A stretch of 63,075 nucleotides of DNA, the filler included, from Choristocarpus tenellus KU-1152 (Eukaryota > Protista > Phaeophyceae), in NCBI GenBank assembly GCA_964200185.2. It is 11 parts of 11 records of this genome, joined end to end, with 100 filler letters (N's around TTAATTAATTAA, not from the genome) between each part and the next. Parts side by side here need not be neighbours in the genome. Positions count along the whole stretch, not along the records: positions 1 to 10,306 come from CAXNAD020003001.1; positions 10,407 to 14,164 come from CAXNAD020018113.1; 9 more parts are not named here. One strand, 5' to 3'. The position numbers and the translations under genes were made by a program. The notes under the pieces are model-generated. The model was not told the origin of the DNA. It searched no databases and saw nothing but the letters and a program-made list of their open reading frames with translations. Shown piece by piece: positions 1 to 13,217 of the stretch (within the stretch, counting starts at the first letter, position 1; every line of letters begins with the position of its first letter).

Positions 1-108
1 GATATTGACATCTCCTAACAAACATGATAGCCAAAATAACATCAAATTGCAACGTTGAATTTTGGTCCACGAATGGACGCGGCTCTACCCTCTAAGATAC
101 TTTGACTC
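1..108. mobile_element. MITE family A, partial copy (one terminus)
   Basis: Matches one half of the 258-bp family A element and ends in the TIR CCCTCTAAGATACTTTGACTC; truncated by the window start. Confidence 0.85.
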
Positions 109-855
109 TCACCAGTCCATATGATTGTGCTAATAAACCCAGTGAATTCCACAGCTCTTATCCGCGACTTTTTTTAGCCTTCAAGAGGCCTGATACAAGA
201 AGTCCTTACCTCCATGCGCCCACTAGATCTTGAATGACACCCTGAGGTTGTCCATTTTGAGTGTCCGGAAGTGGGTCGAAGAAATAGGTAGTCAACACGA
301 TTGCATACAATTTCCAACTCAATAAGGACATGATTGTATTATTGTAACGGGAGTGATGGATCTGAACAGGTTGGTAAAGAGTCATATTGCAAACAAACAA
401 AATATATTTCTGGGTGTAAGGCATGGAAACAAAGTAAATATCCCCGAGGAAAATTCACCCGGTCAGTGGTGGTATAGTGTGCAAGGAGCGCAATATTATC
501 ATAAACAATCCTTCAGCATACCATTTGTTGGATTCTGCTATTATGAAGATATGACATAGCTCGCGATCTTCGTGTGATTCAGGGTGTGACCCAGGTGACA
601 ATTGTATAATGTTTAACACCACTCTCTCAAAGGAGTATCGATATTATTTTTTTCATTAATATCATCACTTATCATCATTCTCATTTTTTTGTTTTGCTAA
701 TTAGAAGTATTGTGAAACACCTTCTCCTTCCCTTTCACCCTCAGTCCAACCACTTCACCATATGTGACTATTATTGAAGATGGTTGGACCTGGATGTAGT
801 TTGATTTATTCTCCAAAACTGGCATGCCCCTGGCATCGTCCGCCTTCATTAGTTT

Positions 856-1033
856 GGCTCAACGTATCTGGGGGGGGGGGGTGTCTACACCAGGGTATCC
901 ATTCGGGCCCTGACCAGGAAAAGTGCACTTACATTGTCCATCCGATGCCTGCAACCAAATCACCCTAAAGTCGCGACATGGAAAAATGGGCCCCAAATGG
1001 ACAGCTGCCTCCACCCCCCAGATACTTTGAGCC
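856..1033. mobile_element. MITE family B, full copy (178 bp)
   Basis: TIRs GGCTCAACGTATCTGGGG / CCCCAGATACTTTGAGCC; flanked by ttt/ttt (3-bp TSD); interior matches the other B copies. Confidence 0.9.
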
Positions 1034-1499
1034 TTTAGAAATATTTGCTGACTAATTTGAAATCCGAATTTACTACAGCTACATTCTACGTTAATCTTGA
1101 TAGTCGCCTTCTGCTACTACAGGTAGGCACAGACCCCATATCCCTTTCCTTCAGGTGTTGAGCACCATAGCTGGCGGCTAGTTGATGGAGTTTCCCTTCC
1201 TCCTCTTTTCCCGCTGGAGGCACAGACCCACTTCCTTGTTCCTCTCTCCTTCTCCTGATGGTGGTGCTGGTGCTGGAGTACGGTGACTCCAAGCTGGCAA
1301 ATACTTCCCTTCGGGTTTGTCCAGCGCTCTCTGCTCCTTTTTCTCCGGGTTGCTTCTGGGTCACATACAGTGAACGGAGGGTAGGGACCCATTGAACATT
1401 TCAATGCCTCTAGCCTCTGGCATAGGCTAAAACGGAGAGGTCTTCCATATGGTGTTTGCTGCAAGTCATTTAGTGGGTGGCAGGGGGGCTGAGGGTTTT

Positions 1500-1610
1500 A
1501 GTAAGAAGGGGGCAGTTAAGGCACACCCTGCGATATTTTGTGTCAGTCACTGCACAAATAGTAATTTCCAGGCGTATCATGCGGTTTAAGCTGTAGACAC
1601 CGGCGGGTCG
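1500..1610. repeat. Diverged fragment of the arm of the foldback-like element at 50203-51122
   Basis: gcgtatcatgcggtttaagctgtagacacc resembles acggttcatgcgttttaagctggagtcacc (about 50276) and the reverse complement of about 51016-51046. Confidence 0.5.
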
Positions 1611-2052
1611 GTGGGCTAGACTGGGCTTGACTGACTTGTGTGTCTCTCCTGTTATTTCTATACCCCCTTCACATTGCGATGCCAGTCTAGGGGTAGTTTA
1701 AGCAATTTCAGTTAAGTTTGATACATACTACGTAGCACTAATTATTATTATTAGTTTTTTTTTTCTTTTTCATCAAATACATTACCGTACCTTTTGTTTG
1801 GTGTATTGAAAGGACTTTCCTGTAAGACATGCAGAGTATTGTGGTGGTGTTTGTTGTATTACTTACTCGTTTTATTCCTTACTGTTTGTTCTATTACCTC
1901 TGCAACTATGTACAAAGTGTCTGTGGACATAATGAAAAAGAAAATACGATAATAGGCAAACGGACTTTGCAACCTATTAACACCTACGTCTATAGGATGA
2001 TTTAATTCCTCCACTACATACTTGGAGTACTTATTACTATATAATCATAGTC

Positions 2053-2202
2053 AAATTTTTCTTAGCGAGTGTACGCATAGTGATGGTTATTCTAAAACAT
2101 GTTTTTCGAGATAAGTTAGCGAAAAGGAGTATGTATCACACAACTCGCTAAAATGATGGCGTCTTAGAGTACATCGATGGATATAATCCGAGACAGATTG
2201 TC
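2053..2202. repeat. Old dispersed repeat, copy 1 (copy 2 at about 5396-5540)
   Basis: Shared blocks ttagcgagtgta, atggtt, aaaacat, ttcgagat, ttagagtac and cagattgt occur in the same order and spacing in both copies. Confidence 0.6.
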
Positions 2203-2783
2203 TATAAAAAACACTTCTAAGGACTGAAATGTGTTATGAATAGTGGTAGTTCTGACTTTGCATTGTTGTTACAATCTGATTTTTTGTGTGAATTGTTCCT
2301 TCGAGAGTTGACAAAGCCACTTTTTCCATCTATGATAAGTGCTATTTTCTTACGTATTTTTTAATAGTTTTGTTTTATACATATCGTAACATTATTTTTT
2401 TTAGCATCCATGTACTTGCTTGCTTACAAAACACATGCTTAAGCGTTTCCTGAGTGCAATGGCACGCAGTCGCACTGCTCTCTTCCTCAATCTTCCCTTC
2501 GGACGGCCACCGTGGTTCTCCCTTCTTCGTCTGCCGTAACCAGACTTCCCCACAGACTTCGTCACTGTACCACCTAGTGATGGACTTGCCGCTCTCTTCC
2601 TGCTTTCTCGAGGCGGCAGAGACTGTGGAGAAGCATGCTCCGCATCAGTTGAAGATCCAATCACGTTTTTATGGTAATGCTTTCAATGCATCTTCTCTCA
2701 GTGTCAGTGTCGCAGTCCCGTGATCCATTTCACGATTTGATTATGCTGCTGCGTCACACTACTCGCACTTTCTCGTCACCTAA

Positions 2784-2957
2784 GGCGCATAGTATCTGGG
2801 GGGGGTGACGGCTGTCCATTTGGGGTCAGTTTTTTCCTGTCGCGATTTTTGTGTGATTTGGCTGCATACGTTGGATGTAATGTAAGTGCACTTTTCCTGG
2901 TTATGGGTCAAATGGACACCCTGGTGTAGACCCTTCCCCCCTCAGATACTTTGGGTC
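2784..2957. mobile_element. MITE family B, full copy (reverse orientation)
   Basis: GGCGCATAGTATCTGGGG ... CTCAGATACTTTGGGTC; taa/taa TSD. Confidence 0.9.
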
Positions 2958-5395
2958 TAACACCGCACTGAGCGTCACACGATACTTGCTTTTCTGTCGC
3001 CTCTCGACAGAGAAGGTGCCGAGGGTAGATCCAGGGGGCAGAGTGGCCTCAGCGGCTCTCCTTGTCTCACTGTCGTAGTTTATGTTACTGTGTAAGTCAC
3101 ATGTGTGTGTGCTCACAGAAAGTCTGCAAAAGGCGTTAAAAAGATGTCCAGAAATCTGGATTTTTTGGGGGGGATCGCCACACCAGGCAAACTTGGGCAG
3201 CCACGTACCCCGGACCAGGTTTTCACAAGGAGTTCAGTCAACCACTTCAATTTTGTCCGTTTTGAAGTCGTGACCTTCAAAATTGCGCCGGAGATATTCC
3301 CCCGCTTTTTTCCATGCTTTGATCCGGACATAGCTCCCGTTTCACAAAGCCTGGACATTCTTGGATACAAGCCTTCAAAACCTCTTGTCATACCCTTTTA
3401 TTTGATATATATATTGTTGTATAACTGTTGTGGCGTTTGTGAAAAAAACTGCGATTGCCACAGAGGGCGAAACTACTGGTACCACCTTGACACATATCCA
3501 AAATGTCGTAAGGCATAATAATATATAAATATATATAATACTGCATTTGAGGTGATTCAAAAAGGTGGTATAATCTTACTTCTTAAGAATGATTGATATA
3601 TTGGAGCATTATATTCTTCCGAGACCTGCTTCCTCCATGATGTCGAAAAAAAAAATCAGATCTCAAATCAGAAACGAATAGCCCCCCAAAATGGTACTGT
3701 ATGCACATATTCGTTACTTCTGAAAGGAAATACTTCTGGACCATGTATGAAACATCGTGTTTAAGATCTTAGCCATCACTCCATCTTCTATCCGATCCCC
3801 CCGAAAAGCCATCATGAACAACGAAGCGATTTCAGAAATCTCTGTTCAGGTTCGGAATATTTGAAATTTATGATCAAGTAAATTGTCAACATTCTTCCAC
3901 AAATTCTGTACTACTTATCACTGTCACAACTAGAACAAAACACTAATGAGAATAGAATGTACAACACATATCATATAAACTTAATTCCTAAACTCAGCAA
4001 ACTCAGATTAAATATTGTTCAAGAATTAGTGTTAGGTACAAACAGAACAGTGGTGTCAAGTGGGTTATGATGTGAAATTTGGTTGGAGGGTGGGATCATT
4101 TGGTTTGTGTTATTATTCTTGAATTGGGACAAGACCTTCATATACACCATTTTTTATTTTTCTACGCATTATGTAGTTGACATAGTCACGTTACTATACA
4201 CACTCAATCACTGTATCTTTTGTAAGTTTCCAAATACTATCTTGTTCCACTAACGGTAATGTTACTCGTTCCATTCATGGCTTGGTGGTTGATTGGTGGG
4301 TTTACTTATATCAGATTCTGTACTATGAATTGTGAATGGTCTGGTGTCAGGTTGAAAAATGCCTGCCAGGTGAGGGAGCTTGACTGACGCAATAGCGGCA
4401 TCCCGTACTCATGTATGGGGTTTTGTGGTGTGTACTACTACACACACATAAGATCCTGTTACCGGTCTTCAATTCTTCTGTGCAGTATCCCTGCAGTATC
4501 ACTACCATTATGAGTATCAGCATCGGTATTAGGTATGCTAAGGTGACGCCGCCCTTCTTACATACATCAATTAACCGATTTATTTTGACACGATCTTGAC
4601 ATTGACCAAAATTAATAGAACCAAATTAGGTTCAACTTTCTAAAGAAGAACCTAAAAAGAGTGAGGGTCACACAATTTGGAGATTGTTTTTGGTTGTAGA
4701 TCCAACTATAACATAATAATATATATCAAATTACTGGTTACTACATATTATACAAAGAGTTAAAGTCTTACATCTTTATTACGAATGGATGGCGAATGAA
4801 AGTTATTGGTAGGTGTGGAGAAGTGTGATGGATGATACCTAAAAAGGCCTCGCATGTTATGGAAACCCCCCTTTTGTCTTTCTGAAATACTATTGGTTCT
4901 TTTCCAGTCTTCTATTGAATGAACCTGTTTTGTTCGGTTTCTTCATCTCACGCGCGTGCGTACATAAAATACGCGCGTAAGTATGAGTCTCGCGCGTCTG
5001 GAAGCATAGTCAAGTATGCTGAAAACTTTGTACGCATATTCGTAGGAATGAAAGGGTAACTCACTTTTTTTACATCGAATACTACAACAAATATTATGAA
5101 CAGATGATATTATCTTTACAGGCATATTATAGGGGTTATGTAAGAAAAATAAGTTATACGAAGGGGAGGGAGATGGCAATGAACAAAATAGGATGAAAAT
5201 GGAGACCAAAGAACAGGAAATACGACCTAAAGAATATAACAAACGCAACAACAGATAGGACTAACATTACAACCTTAATTCTTCCTTCCATATGGCAGTT
5301 GGTGTACAATCCGATGGGCCAATATGACTTCCTGTGACATATTGACACATATGTCTACAATACGACTCTATCCACCAATCCATTACTACTTAGCC

Positions 5396-5540
5396 ATTTT
5401 TTTAGCGAGTGTATACATCGTCATGGTTGACTAAAAACATAACCTTCGAGATTTTTTTTAGTAAACGTGACAATCCGTCTCACTATATAAAATGTTCGTG
5501 TTTTAGAGTACCTAGTAGGATACCAAACGATGCAGATTGT
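5396..5540. repeat. Old dispersed repeat, copy 2
   Basis: Collinear similarity to 2053-2202. Confidence 0.6.
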
Positions 5541-5781
5541 TACATCTACTCACCAATCCCTTTTTCTGAATGTGTATATCGCTAAAATCATATCCTCTTT
5601 CACGACGAATTAGAGTGGTGAGTGGTCACAATGGGTTCCTTGTGTAGACTAGGTCCTGTTGGACATTTCAATGTCCGCAATAGGCTGTCAAGCACAACCC
5701 TAGCACAGGTCAAAATGGAGAGACCTTTCATAGAGTGGTTGACACAATCTGATACGGGAACATGACTTGCTACGATGTATG

Positions 5782-6001
5782 GGCTCAAAGTATCTGGGGT
5801 GGATGAGTGGTGGCTGTTCATTTGGGGTCAACTTTTTCATGTCGCGGTTTTTGGGTGATTTGGTTGCGTATGTCAGATGGATACTGTAAATGCACTTTTC
5901 CTGATTTTGGTCCAAATGGATACCCTGGTGTGGATCCCTCCCCCCCCCCTGTTTTTTTTGGTAGAGGCAACNNNNNNNNNNCCCCCCAGATAGTTTGGGT
6001 C
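5782..6001. mobile_element. MITE family B copy spanning a 10-N gap
   Basis: GGCTCAAAGTATCTGGGG ... CCCCAGATAGTTTGGGTC; atg/atg TSD; gap at 5972-5981 next to the poly-C tract. Confidence 0.85.
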
Positions 6002-6818
6002 ATGGACACCTATGTCGATAATATGATTTCATTCCTCCATTAATTACACAACTTCTCCCTAGCAAATGCACACATCATCGTCGTTGTTAATAATGCCTCT
6101 GAGTACATCCTTCTTATTTTAGCGAGCATGGTAATCAGCTCTTTATGTGTGTGTGATAAGTGTGCAGTATGCCATCCTGGTAATAATGAAGGTCAGCAGT
6201 AGCCTATTATAGTTATTGCATTCCAGAGTCAGGAGTGCTTAGCAGGATTTGTTCTCAACATGGAAATTGTAACAAGTTCTGTCTGGGTAAGTGTAGTTCC
6301 GCCATTAAAGTGTAACTAAACGACTGGGGCATGTAGTGCAGGGACCAAGTACACAAGAGGATATTGTTGCAAGGCACACGCAGGAGAAAGAGGAAGAACA
6401 CCTTCGCCATAAGGTCTTTGTCTTGAGGTACAACAAAATATACCAAGCAAAGACCTCAGTCCCCTGTCAGTCACTTTGGTTGAGTTGAGTAGAGTTTGAG
6501 CGTGCGGTTCCTGTGACTTTCATTACCAATGTATTTGAGTAGTGGTTGGTTGCCATAGTTACCCCCCTCCCCCCCCCTTTGTTCAGGTACACTATGCAGC
6601 ATTCTTCCACAGGAGGAGAGATGCTACTATATGGAGGCGGTTGTACTAAGGAAAAGGCGGAGAGAGGAAGGAAAGGGGCCAGGAAACACAGAGAGTAAAA
6701 GGGAAAAGTATGATCATACTTGAGATTGTTGATGATGTCGCTCGCACTCTACTGAGGTATTCCTTCAAAGCATGTTATTGGAAGTGCAAATGAATGTAGT
6801 AGCATGACTTTATGGCTA

Positions 6819-8529
6819 TCCCTCTGTCCCATAAGTCTGGACCGTTATGTTGTAGCCTCTTTGGGATGACCTCCGATTACAAAACGGACCTTTGCATTGG
6901 ATTCCTTGGAATTTGTTTCATTAAAACATTATTTCTCGCCTTTATTCCACAGCGTCAACCCACCACTCCAGGGCCACTGCGGAGACTGCTTGGTCTACTT
7001 GGACTGGTCCAGTCAACCTGCCCTCCCGCTGCCTTCTCTTGATCTCGGTATGCTCTATATCGAAATCGTCCCCCCCCAGTGCCCATAACATCTGATTGTA
7101 CCTCTTAAACAGACTCTGCCACACCCTCTCGACCGTGTCTGCATCGTATATGTGGAACATGCTTGAAACACCCTCTACAAGTTCATCAACGGTGCTGTAA
7201 TGCTCTACCCAAACCCTGCTCTTCAGAGATGCAAAACCCCTCAAATTATTGATGTTGAGATCCAGCGACTGTGCTGGCTGTGTCATGAGCTTAATGTTCC
7301 ATCCCTCCTCCACCCCTACTGCATTCAGATTCTACACCATGCCCTTGTCCATATGTAGGGTCGCACCGTCCTGCTATATAGAGGCCCCCTTCGATTCCAG
7401 TAATGTTATTTTTTCCTTGATCGCTGGCAAAGCTGTTCAATGTACCACTCCAAGTTCCACTCGGCATCGACAATGATTTCGACCTCGTACTCCTTGTCCT
7501 TCGTGTGCTGCACTATAGTCTGTTGCGCCTCCTCCGTGACGCAAACCCGCCAGATCCTGATCTTGCCGTCGAAATCATCGGAAGGATTCAGGTGTGAAAT
7601 GGCGGAGATGAACATCACTTTGGGAATGTGCCTCTTGAGCTGCACCTTAGTCGAGTCCTCCTTTTCCTCTCCCGCGAACATGCGCGCTACTTCTTGCTCG
7701 TGGATGAAGTAGAACCACGCCTCATTGATGTGAATGGTGTTGAGGCCAGTTCTGTAGGTTTTGGGGTTGAGGGAGATCTGGTCGAGGATGAAATCCCCCC
7801 AATTCTTCTTGTGAGAAAACGAAAGGCTAGGGGTGACACACCACTGAACCTTGATTGCCCCCATGGCTTTGAGCCAGCGATGAAACTTTGAGCTGCTGAC
7901 TGCGAGGCCCACTTCGGTGAGATTGGCGGAAAGTTGGTCGATAGTCAGAGTGCGATTACTGGTATTGACTTCCCGGATCTTTGCTTGTTTCCTTGGAGTA
8001 CAGTCCGACGGCTGTCCAGATTGTGCTTGTGATTCCAAGGAGACGGATTCCCCCCTAACTATTCTTGGACGTGCACCCACACCTGTCTAGGGTGTCTCTC
8101 TTCCACTCCAAACTCTTTCACCAATTTAGACCCACACCCCTCGGGAGGCTCTCACAACCCAGAGGAAGAGCCAATGCGTAATGCAGAGCCAAGTGCTGTC
8201 CGACCTTCCTCGGTCAGCTCACAGTTCTTTCCCCGAGGTGTTGGGCTTTGTGGCGGGGACAATGGACTGTAGGGGCTCGCCATGGGAATTGTGAGAGTGT
8301 TGTACAGCTCCACACTGCAGCAGGAGCATTAAAAAATGATAAGAATATGTCCCATTCTGTGCTCCATTATTTGGGAACCATTTCAGAACAGAATTCTTTG
8401 TATAATTCTTTGAAATTAAGTTTCTAGAAGTAAATATTCCAAGGAATCCAACGCCAAAGTCCGTTTTGAAATCGGAGGCCATCCCGAAGAGGTACAACTT
8501 CACGGCCCACACTTCTGGGATAGAGGGAG
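6819..8529 (-). mobile_element. Full-length decayed Tc1/mariner DNA transposon (plant/oomycete mariner-like, DD39D-type; Stowaway-like termini)
   Basis: About 94-bp imperfect TIRs (6819-6912 vs 8436-8529) starting (C)TCCCTCTGTCCC / GGGATAGAGGGAG; TA at 6817-6818 and 8530-8531; encloses a transposase relic. Confidence 0.9.
6942..8080 (-). pseudogene. Mariner transposase pseudogene
   Basis: Motifs IHINEAWFY (cf. HIDEKWFY), KRHIPKVMFISAI, FDGKIRIW, I*QDGATLH (cf. QQDNA.PH) and QPAQSLDLNINNL (cf. QPPNSPDLNVLDL); in-frame stops, a frameshift near 7400, and first and third catalytic Asp read as Asn. Confidence 0.9.
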
Positions 8530-10306
8530 TACGTCTTACGTACTCCACCAGAGTAGTACCGATAACGGTACTATCAGCGCATACTGTACGATATAGTGTA
8601 CTGTGAGATCAACATTTTATATCAGTCTCCTTTGTTAGACAGCAGAAAGGAGGGAGGGAAGGCACCAGAGGTGGAGTTTTCGCATCCCTTCAACCCAAGA
8701 AACGGGGAGAGTGACGATCAGTGCACTTGTACATGTTTAGGTTCACCGTTCAAAGCGCCCCACCAAAGCAAATCAGGTTCCAAACCATCTTGTGCAATGC
8801 CTTTCAGACCTTCCACGAAGGGGGGTGGGTTCAGCCAACGTTTCTTTTTGTCAACCTTTTCACACACACGTACCTTTTACCACAATAAGCCTGGAAACGG
8901 TAACAAAGCAATCTCAACTCAAAAGCTGTCCCCATTTTTTTCAAACCCTGGTCAGAGTGACCACCTCTCAAAAGGCCCAACAAACAGGGAAGTGGTCAGA
9001 TTACTTTTTGGTGAACCTGTTCAAACATTCTTTATCATTCAAGGTAACCCCAAAAACGAGATGTAATCCTGACCTAAATCGAATATCAAAAACACCTTTT
9101 GATATTCCTATCTAAAATTACTTCTTCCACAAAGTATCCAACAAGGGGGGTCTGCATCCACCTGTGGCGACATGTTACAGTACATACACCCCTTGTCCAC
9201 TCTTCGAACTTAGTTGTACTACTATACATGTACGGATGATGGATGAAGTGCCGAAACAACTCACAAGAAGTAACAATAACGTATATGAGCGGGTGCACAC
9301 ATTTCCTTGTGGTACAATTTACTCGAATGGTCAATCTATTGCCACCAAGAAGAGCGTAATACAAAAGAAAACCACTAAATAAGCAAATTCTAGGGCTCAA
9401 TAATGACATAGGTGCGATCAACTCACACCTCAAAACTTGTTTCCCATTAACAAGACAGAGATGTGAGCAAGGTGCAGCAAGTGTGTTCTTAATCTTTGTT
9501 TTTAAAGCTTCACCATCATTTACACACACCCTTGTCCACTCCATTCAAAATTCTACAGCTCCATTAGGAATAACTATGGGCATGCCATGAAGCTAGGGGG
9601 CAGACAAAGCAATATGCATTTCCTTTCACCCACCATAACAGTGACACAGCGACCTTTGCAGCATCTAGAAACTAAATACAGTGAATGCATACATACAGGT
9701 CAAACCGTAACAACAGCAGGATTAATTAAAATTCTCCTCCCTCCCTACGTACACCTGCAGGTGCAAGCCATCTTGCCAAGGAGGGAGGAGTAAAAATAAA
9801 AAAGTAACACAAAAGATAAAAAAATAATATATGTAATCCTCTGTGATGAGCCCACTAAGCTTGTGGGCGGGACTCTACTGTTGATAAAAGATAAGATAAA
9901 CGAACTCTTGATATAGCCCCAGGTTGCTTTTGGACAATGTACAGTAGCAGGAGAACAAACCCCTCAACAGTATGATAAACACATTACTGTGACTGAAGAC
10001 CGATGATCCATCTGTATGGAAAGAAAAAACTTCAACAGAAAAAAACAGCAGGAAGGCGGATAGAGCCTCATGGGAACAAAACAGAACTGACTGCCCTCAG
10101 CAAGCACCCAAGCGGGGGCAGATACAGGGGTGCAGGGCTTATAAATGCACTCCTGATCCTTCCTCCAGCATCCCAAAACAAAAGGAACAGTAGGGGAGGG
10201 GGGGGGGGGGGGGGGGGGGGCTAAAAAGAGATGAAAAAAAACTCTGAGATGAACTTGAGGTTCTCACACCCCAAACACCTTCACTCGATAAAAACCCAAC
10301 ATACAA

Positions 10307-10406
10307 NNNNNNNNNNNNNNNNNNNNNNNNNNNNNNNNNNNNNNNNNNNNTTAATTAATTAANNNNNNNNNNNNNNNNNNNNNNNNNNNNNNNNNNNNNN
10401 NNNNNN
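10307..10406. other. Artificial contig linker (first of ten)
   Basis: N44-TTAATTAATTAA-N44, giving stops in all six frames. Identical linkers at 14165-14264, 25327-25426, 29340-29439, 32961-33060, 41518-41617, 45242-45341, 48848-48947, 55799-55898 and 59027-59126. Confidence 0.98.
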
Positions 10407-11119
10407 GTTGCATGGAGGTGTTGGATGTGTACTCCACCTGAGGAGCATTTGGTACCATGCCAAGAGTGATCTGTTTCTTTTGTTTGTCATCATGCATCGA
10501 GATATCGGAAATAGATATATCGGGAAATATATCCCAACATTGTGATGAGGTTGAAAGAGATGCATAAACCAGGTATACACGTTAGGGTTCTAGCAAAACC
10601 GTCATCACCTCACCGGAAAGGGGTCTATTTGGGGAAAGGACAAGAGAATGAATACTCCATGTCCACCTAGCAATCTGGAATATCATACACCACCTAGGAG
10701 AGTAGTATAGTACTCGTGAAAGAGTGAGGCTTTTTATACTGCTGAGATACAGATATCATTATACCCTTCCATGATGAACAGACCCGCCCCCCCAGAATAT
10801 GTCTGAAAGCATACAATATACATTATATATTCCCAACTGAGAAGGTGAACCAGAAGAAACAATACCAGAGTTAGTACTAAAAGTTGATAAATAGTAGGGA
10901 GATGGGGGGGGGGGAAGAAGGAACTATATAATATTCCAAGACTACCTCTTTTTCTAATTCACAAAATATTGATCATATTGTTATGGACAAGCAAGCAGTA
11001 ACAAACTCTACTTGGTGGTGTTTCTTACACAATCACCATCCTCTCAAGTAGTATTTGATTGTGATTAACAGGCAGCCTAGAGGTATAGAGGATGGTGATA
11101 CAGGACATTTCTTCACTCT

Positions 11120-11318
11120 TTCAAAATGTTGGTGATACCACTATTGAGGGCTGGTGTGTGGACGGGTTCTGATGGTAATAGATAAAGGGGCATCGGATTT
11201 CAAAATGTTGGTGCAATCAGTATTGACAGCTGGTGTGTAATATACACCAGCTGGTTCTAATGGTAAGAAATATAGGGCATTGAATTTGAAAATATTGGTG
11301 AAACCACTACTGATAGCT
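11120..11318. repeat. Degenerate tandem repeat (about 80-87 bp, about 2.5 copies)
   Basis: Recurrent tt(c/g)aaaat(g/a)ttggtg...gctg and ggttct(g/a)atggtaa blocks. Confidence 0.55.
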
Positions 11319-12606
11319 GCTTCGTACAAGGTCTGAATGCAAATGAAGCATAACAAATGAACACACACATAAACATGTGTATGCTCTTCAGCATTGCCTT
11401 CATTACATTTTAAGATTTGTAGTAAATAGTTAAGTATTGTATTTGTTCAAGACATTAGGATTATTGTTGGTGCACTACTTGAGACTACTGCAGTCTAGTG
11501 ATACTATTTATTCAAAGGAATCCAATGTATTTGACCATGATGATAACAACCAATTCAATAGCTTAGCAACAAAGAGCCTTTAAAGTCACTCAGGAGCATC
11601 TGTGTCATGTCATATTAAACTCTGTGTGCTTTGAGAGAAAGGAAAAACATAAAAATAATGTGCAGTTATGATATTCATGAAATCTCTCTCTCTTGAGGGA
11701 AGCACATATTTTGATCTTTCCACACAGATGACACTCTTCTGACCAAACACAAGAGGGTACTTCAGGAATTGAGTTGGGGCTTGTTTGTTTGCTTTTTCCA
11801 ATTTGTTTATTAATTTTTCAGACTATTTTCAAGAGATTCTACGCTATGATTGAACTACATACACATGATATCCAGCCAACATTCCCTTTTTTCATCATCA
11901 TGCTTGTCAATGTCAGCAATAATACATCAAATGCCCTTGCTGATCTTCCCAACAAGACCTTGTACCAACACGTACTGACTTGACCCCACCTATGTGATAC
12001 AGAAGTGGTTGGGTAAACAAGGGCCATCTAGAATAATCAAAGATTTCAAAAATACAAAAACTACAATGGAGGTGATCACAGTATAGCTGTCATCATGGCA
12101 GGGGGGTAAATCTCTGTACGGCCTAGCTCATTAACACTATTGAACCATATAAAAAAAAAGGTACTCCATACCACCAGAATTGGTGGGGTTACACACACTC
12201 TCCCTTGCTTTGAGGTCAATGGACAGCCTCACCACTGACAACAAAAAGTTGAGAGATAAATAAAAAAAGATTAGACAGATAGAACAACAACACTTGAGTC
12301 CAACCAAAAGACAAGAGCAGCACGCCTGGCCCCTGCCACAACTCCTGCTTGACACCCCCTCACAAATGAATACGGAAAAAATATACTACCACCTCTCTCT
12401 GCACCAGTATTACGTCAAATTACTATAATGCAGACTTCAATTTTAGGTCAAGAGACTTGACACATAAGCCACTTCCCAAATTGCCCCTCCTCCCCCCCCC
12501 CTCCTCCAACCACAACCACACCTATGCTCGCTTCTCTCATCAAGAACAAGAACATCAAAGCTTCATTCCAATCCCCAACAGAGGCGACCGCTCTGACAAG
12601 GAAGAA

Positions 12607-12903
12607 TCCCCTCCCTTCCAGCCCTCCCCTCAAGTAAGCCAAGGCTAACCATCGTAGGACAGGTACAGTCAGTAAGCAGCACAGCAATCACAGCTAGTCA
12701 TCAGAGCAATCTAAGCCCTCACAACAAAGACTCCCCTCCCTTCCAGCCCTCCCCTCAAGGAAGCCAAGGCTAACCATCGTAGGACAGGTGCAGTCAGTAA
12801 GCAGCACAGCAATCACAGCTAGTCATCAGAGCAATCTAAGCCCTCACAACAAAGACTCCCCTCCCTTCCAGCCCTCCCCTCAAGGAAGTCAAGGCTAACC
12901 ATC
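12607..12903. repeat. 125-bp tandem repeat, 2.4 copies, in the 3' UTR of the transporter gene
   Basis: Units start at 12607, 12732 and 12857 and are nearly identical; the last partial unit overlaps the stop codon. Confidence 0.95.
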
Positions 12904-13156
12904 ACACCTCAGTCAAATTTTTCTCACGAGAATTGAGCTTTCGGGAAAGGGGCAATGTCATGCTCTTTCCCTCCCGAAGCAGTGACTCTGTCTCCTCCTT
13001 ATCCATGCTTGTTGAAGACATTGCAATTCCACTCCCTCCACTCCCAGAGGGCGATGGAGGACGTGGCTTGGAATACAAGAAGGTAGAGTAGATCACCATG
13101 AAAGCACCTACCACAAACATTGTGTTGATGGTGAAGTCGAACAGGAAAAAGGATAC
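12902..13156 (-). CDS. Nucleotide-sugar transporter (SLC35A / UDP-Gal / CMP-Sia family), terminal exon only
   Basis: Acceptor AG at 13158-13157, then VSFFLFDFTINTMFVVGAFMVIYSTFLYS, the typical last TM helices of SLC35A, plus a Ser-rich tail and TGA; upstream exons lie off the contig. Confidence 0.8.
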   Translation of the reverse strand, partial: VSFFLFDFTINTMFVVGAFMVIYSTFLYSKPRPPSPSGSGGSGIAMSSTSMDKEETESLLREGKSMTLPLSRKLNSREKNLTEV

Positions 13157-13217
13157 CTTTCAAACAGGAGCGGAGCAGGAACATTTAGTCACAAACACGG
13201 GGGGGTATGGCAGAAGA

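Noticed and set aside
206-2723. Short ORFs and AG/GT-bounded segments in contig 1 (about 211-362, 1086-1464, 2401-2723)
   Set aside because: No recognisable homology and no consistent exon chain could be built.
10351-10362. Recurrent TTAATTAATTAA palindrome flanked by Ns
   Set aside because: Identical 100-bp spacer repeated ten times with stops in six frames: a concatenation artefact. ORFs running into it are also artefacts.
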